In this document: piece by piece, positions 62,663 through 64,000 of the stretch
Position numbering within the stretch: position 1 is the stretch's first letter
How the letters are laid out: every line of letters begins with the position of its first letter
NCBI GenBank assembly: GCA_963823655.1
Contig: CAWGMK010000006.1
Coordinates: 320,001 to 384,000, forward strand
Reading direction: 5' to 3'
From: an uncultured Bacillota bacterium
GTDB lineage: Bacteria > Bacillota > DTU025 > MWDF01
Length of the DNA stretch: 64,000 nt
Position numbers and translations under genes: made by a program
The notes under the pieces: generated by a model
Databases searched by the model: none
Seen by the model: the letters and a program-made list of their open reading frames with translations, nothing else
Told to the model about the DNA's origin: nothing

Positions 62663-63616
62663 TTACTGCGAGCGCGACGGTGACTGCGACTGCGGTTGCG
62701 GTTGCCAGTCGCCGAAGAGGAAGCGCAGGGCATCCGGCAAGCGTTTGCGCCAGGCGGCTTCCGTGTGCAGGGCCTCCGGATCGATGACGATGCGCAGATT
62801 CGAATCGTCGTAGCCGGCCGCGCGAAAATTGGCGCCCACCTGCTCGACCAGGCCAATCATCTTGCGGCTGACCGCGGGATCGCCGGCCTCCTTGCCGCCA
62901 AATCCAATGACAACCTTGGCTGGCATGGCGATCAGCGGGTTCGTGTCACGCACGGGTTGGCCCATCCCGACCCAGAGCGTCGGACTTTCGATGAGTCCGT
63001 AACCGAAGTCACCCGGCCTTGCGAGCAGCGCGTACAGCGCGGCGACTCCGCCGTACGACGAGCCGCCGATGCCGGTGTGGGGCTGGCCCGTCAGCGTCCG
63101 ATAGTTGGCATTGACCAGGGGCATCACTTCCCAGGCCAGGAAGTCCGGAAACTGCTTGCCTTCCGGCTCGGCCATGTCGGAATCGCCGACGAAATCCTTG
63201 TAGGGCAGGAATTCGGCTCCGCGCCGCGCCCCGGCATGGTCTACGCCAACGACGATGAGGGGCGGCATCTGCCGGGCGTCGATCAGCTGTCGCGTGATCT
63301 CATCCACGCCCCATTCCGCGTGGCTCACGTCGCTGAGGCAGGCGTCGAACAGGTTCTGACCGTCGAGCAGGTACAGCACGGGATACCGGCGGTCCTTGTT
63401 GGCTGCATCGCCGTAGCCCGGCGGCAGCAGCACCCGGATGTTCCGTTCGTTGCGGAAGATCGCGCTGCGCAGGGCGTGCAGCCGCAGGTCGCCCGTGACT
63501 GTCGATTTGCATTCGACGGTGGGCGACGGGGCGGCCGCAGCAGAGGCACCCTGCGTGAAAGAAATGACCGCGAGACCCGTCAGCAGCAGGGCAGGGACCA
63601 GTGTTCTGTTGGACAT
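62663..63616 (-). CDS. Secreted alpha/beta hydrolase (putative esterase)
   Basis: Signal peptide, LPPGY, YPVLYLLDGQNLF, GSSYGG nucleophile elbow, H.E.AW. Confidence 0.85.
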   Translation of the reverse strand: MSNRTLVPALLLTGLAVISFTQGASAAAAPSPTVECKSTVTGDLRLHALRSAIFRNERNIRVLLPPGYGDAANKDRRYPVLYLLDGQNLFDACLSDVSHAEWGVDEITRQLIDARQMPPLIVVGVDHAGARRGAEFLPYKDFVGDSDMAEPEGKQFPDFLAWEVMPLVNANYRTLTGQPHTGIGGSSYGGVAALYALLARPGDFGYGLIESPTLWVGMGQPVRDTNPLIAMPAKVVIGFGGKEAGDPAVSRKMIGLVEQVGANFRAAGYDDSNLRIVIDPEALHTEAAWRKRLPDALRFLFGDWQPQPQSQSPSRSQ

Positions 63617-63759
63617 CGGCAGGCTCCTCGCCGGCATGAATCTGTGCAAGGCACTGTAACGAATGTGAGCGGACTGCGGCAGGGCGGCCCGACGCGATTG
63701 CGCCGAGCCGTGCAAGGCAGGCGATCGCGGCAGGACGCTGCAGCCGCTAGACTCGCTCC

Positions 63760-64000
63760 ATGCGCATCCAACTGCTCGGCGTACCCACCGATATCAACTC
63801 GTCCTATCGGCGCGGCGCCGCTGCGGGTCCGCAATCGATCCGGGCGGCCTGGCGCCGCTATGCCGAGTTCGGCAATGCCGCTACCGAGAGCGGGCTCGCG
63901 ATCGGCGACGATTTCACGATCGACGACCTGGGTGACGTCTCGATAGGAGAGCAAGCCAGCGATCACGAGCTGATCGTCGCGGCTGCCTCTGCGGCCGCAC
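63760..64000 (+). CDS. Arginase/agmatinase family protein, N-terminal fragment
   Basis: Not in the ORF track. Manual translation MRIQLLGVPTDINSSYRRGAAAGPQSIR...DLGDV; runs off the window end. Confidence 0.8.
   Translation, partial: MRIQLLGVPTDINSSYRRGAAAGPQSIRAAWRRYAEFGNAATESGLAIGDDFTIDDLGDVSIGEQASDHELIVAAASAAA

Noticed and set aside
44143-63946. Many long antisense or alternate-frame ORFs (e.g. 54479-57277, 59298-61553, 62696-63946)
   Set aside because: They are shadows of real genes in high-GC DNA, Arg/Ala-rich, with no recognisable motifs.
1-64000. CRISPR arrays, cas genes, transposases, prophage genes, rRNA
   Set aside because: No repeat-spacer array or recognisable motifs for these were seen by eye.

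Overview
The window looks like three unrelated, error-containing sequences joined end to end rather than one genome region. (A) 1-~16083 is Bacillota-like housekeeping DNA: folE2 (partial), ABC-F ATPase, aspartate aminotransferase, MTA/MTI phosphorylase plus mtaD, tRNA-Gln/Glu, a lipoprotein, tandem mgtE with a putative leader-peptide switch, M29 aminopeptidase, dnaE, tRNA-Leu and an AT-rich degraded tail. (B) ~16083-~38486 is Chloroflexota (Anaerolineae)-like: dcw cluster (mraZ-rsmH-ftsL-ftsI-murF-mraY), protealysin-emfourin pair, GerW/YtfJ-like pair, S8 protease, Fe-S protein, lipid genes, Ig-repeat surface protein and a DeoR regulator. (C) ~38486-64000 is high-GC proteobacterial-like and carries a Wzx/Wzy exopolysaccharide locus with five sulfotransferases, four paralogous uncharacterised secreted GH-like TIM-barrel proteins, and an FG-GAP/ASPIC-UnbV protein. 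By-eye alignment suggests an unnamed ~115-aa domain is shared between one GH-like paralog and the ASPIC-UnbV protein, which also seems to hold a circularly permuted copy. Locus C (sulfated glycan synthesis plus remodelling) and the mgtE leader are the best novelty candidates. Many genes are frameshifted, most likely from long-read indel errors. All family and taxon calls come from motif recognition, not database searches.
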